From Deltaproteobacteria bacterium (lineage in GTDB: Bacteria > JAEEML01): a DNA stretch of 38,222 bases. Position 1 is the stretch's first letter; each line of letters opens with the position of its first letter. Where the stretch lies: assembly GCA_016283195.1 (NCBI GenBank), contig JAEEML010000124.1:1-38222 (forward strand), given 5' to 3'. This document shows positions 37,102 through 38,222 of the stretch, one piece after another. The notes under the pieces are model-generated. The model was not told the origin of the DNA and did not search any database. It saw only the letters and a program-made list of their open reading frames with translations. A program made the translations under genes and the position numbers.

Positions 37102-38222
37102 TAGCGACGGAAAACGTTCAAGCAAAAAGAACGGAAAAAATAATAATGAAATCGCCAAAAACAGCGAGTTTCTTAACGAAGCGCAGGAAATTATTGATGA
37201 TTTAAATCGTGATCTCCTGGTGCTGAACTCCAGCGAAAAACAAAATGCCGACCCGGAGCTGATAAATAATCTCTTCCGCAGTGCCCATTCTTTAAAGGGG
37301 CTGGCCGGTATGTTCAATGTGCGCTATGTCTCTATTTTAGCTCACAATTTGGAAAATGTGCTGGATGCGTTGCGCCTAGGAAAAATAGAGCTTTCGCAGG
37401 AGCTTTTAGATACATTTTTCGATGCTATTGAGCTCTTTACCAAGCTCATTGCCAATTCCGACGACACCAATGACGATGCCAGAGTTGAGCAACTAATGCT
37501 CAGAATGGATCGCCTGATTATTCAAAATCAGGATGCCAATCACGGCGATTTGGCCGCCAAATTGGATTTGCCGGCCGCAGTATTTAACAGCTTTACCGAA
37601 TATGAAGAGCACCGCCTCATGGAGTGTCTGAGAAAAGGGCTCAATATCCTTTCCATCACCACTTCCATGTCTATTGCCGATTTTGATGTCTCGCTCACAC
37701 AATTAACTTCGGCTCTTAAGCAATATGGCGAAGTCATCACCAAATTGCCGGGCTCAAAGTTTGAATCGACAGAGCTCATATCTTTTGATATTATTCTTGG
37801 GACGCAGAAGACAGCCGAAGAGTTGCAAAAACTCATTGATTTTGATGATGTAACCGTGCGCCAGGTAAGCAAATCGGCCGCCACTGAAGCCTCATCTGCG
37901 GCCGAAACGGAAACACCGGCTGAAGATGCTTCCACAGCCAATGTGGGACAAGCCGTTATGCCGCTAAACGGCGATGGCGCTCCGATGAAGGAATTTATCG
38001 GCGAAGCCCAGGAAATTATTGATAATATCAATCGCCTGCTTTTGGAACTCGACAATGGCCAAAAAAGTGGCAAAATAGCACCTGATTTGATTAACGACCT
38101 CTTCCGCAATGCCCACTCGCTAAAGGGCCTCGCCGGTATGTTTGGCGCCATTGATATTTCCACTTTGGCCCATAACATGGAAAATCTGTTGGACGGTTTG
38201 CGCCTCGGCAAACTGGCCATTA
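37091..38222 (+). CDS. cheA: CheA-like histidine kinase, N-terminal part with two Hpt domains (runs off the window)
   Basis: Not in the ORF track; open frame from GTG 37091/37094 (GAAGGAG SD): EFLNEAQEII...LFRSAHSLKGLAGMF...AHNLENVLDALRLG, then FTEYEEHRL and a P2-like region, then EFIGEAQEII...LFRNAHSLKGLAGMF...AHNMENLLDGLRLG. The kinase core is not visible. Confidence 0.85.
   Translation, partial: MVSNSDGKRSSKKNGKNNNEIAKNSEFLNEAQEIIDDLNRDLLVLNSSEKQNADPELINNLFRSAHSLKGLAGMFNVRYVSILAHNLENVLDALRLGKIELSQELLDTFFDAIELFTKLIANSDDTNDDARVEQLMLRMDRLIIQNQDANHGDLAAKLDLPAAVFNSFTEYEEHRLMECLRKGLNILSITTSMSIADFDVSLTQLTSALKQYGEVITKLPGSKFESTELISFDIILGTQKTAEELQKLIDFDDVTVRQVSKSAATEASSAAETETPAEDASTANVGQAVMPLNGDGAPMKEFIGEAQEIIDNINRLLLELDNGQKSGKIAPDLINDLFRNAHSLKGLAGMFGAIDISTLAHNMENLLDGLRLGKLAI

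Noticed and set aside
37540-38220. 226-aa minus-strand ORF
   Set aside because: Antisense to cheA, which carries the clear Hpt motifs

Overview
Chromosomal window of a moderate-GC diderm bacterium. Its gene families (MYXO-CTERM-like protease, AgmU/AglT-like TPR proteins, DUF4388 protein, Hanks kinase, membrane adenylate cyclase) suggest Myxococcota or a related deltaproteobacterial lineage; this is inference. Positions 1-30.9 kb are all minus-strand. They hold (i) a tightly coupled run rocD-dut-miaB-DUF151-LPP20-like-[SNF2/YqhH-like helicase, YqhG-like, 788-aa unknown]-pgpA-stand-alone GlmU acetyltransferase domain; (ii) an envelope cluster of DUF4845-like, coiled-coil, three TPR proteins, zinc-ribbon Yip1 and a Cys-rich surface serine protease; (iii) an orphan ygfK; and (iv) three more TPR envelope genes, including a beta-barrel-TPR fusion. 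From 31 kb the genes are plus-strand signalling genes: a non-RD kinase, an adenylate cyclase, a DUF4388-(EPEQ)n-REC-GAF protein, CheY and a CheA with two Hpt domains (truncated by the window). I saw no RNA genes, CRISPR arrays or mobile elements. The best candidates for an undescribed system are the zinc-ribbon SNF2/YqhG/788-aa triad and the motor-less Glt-like TPR cluster. All family calls come from motif recognition, not database searches.
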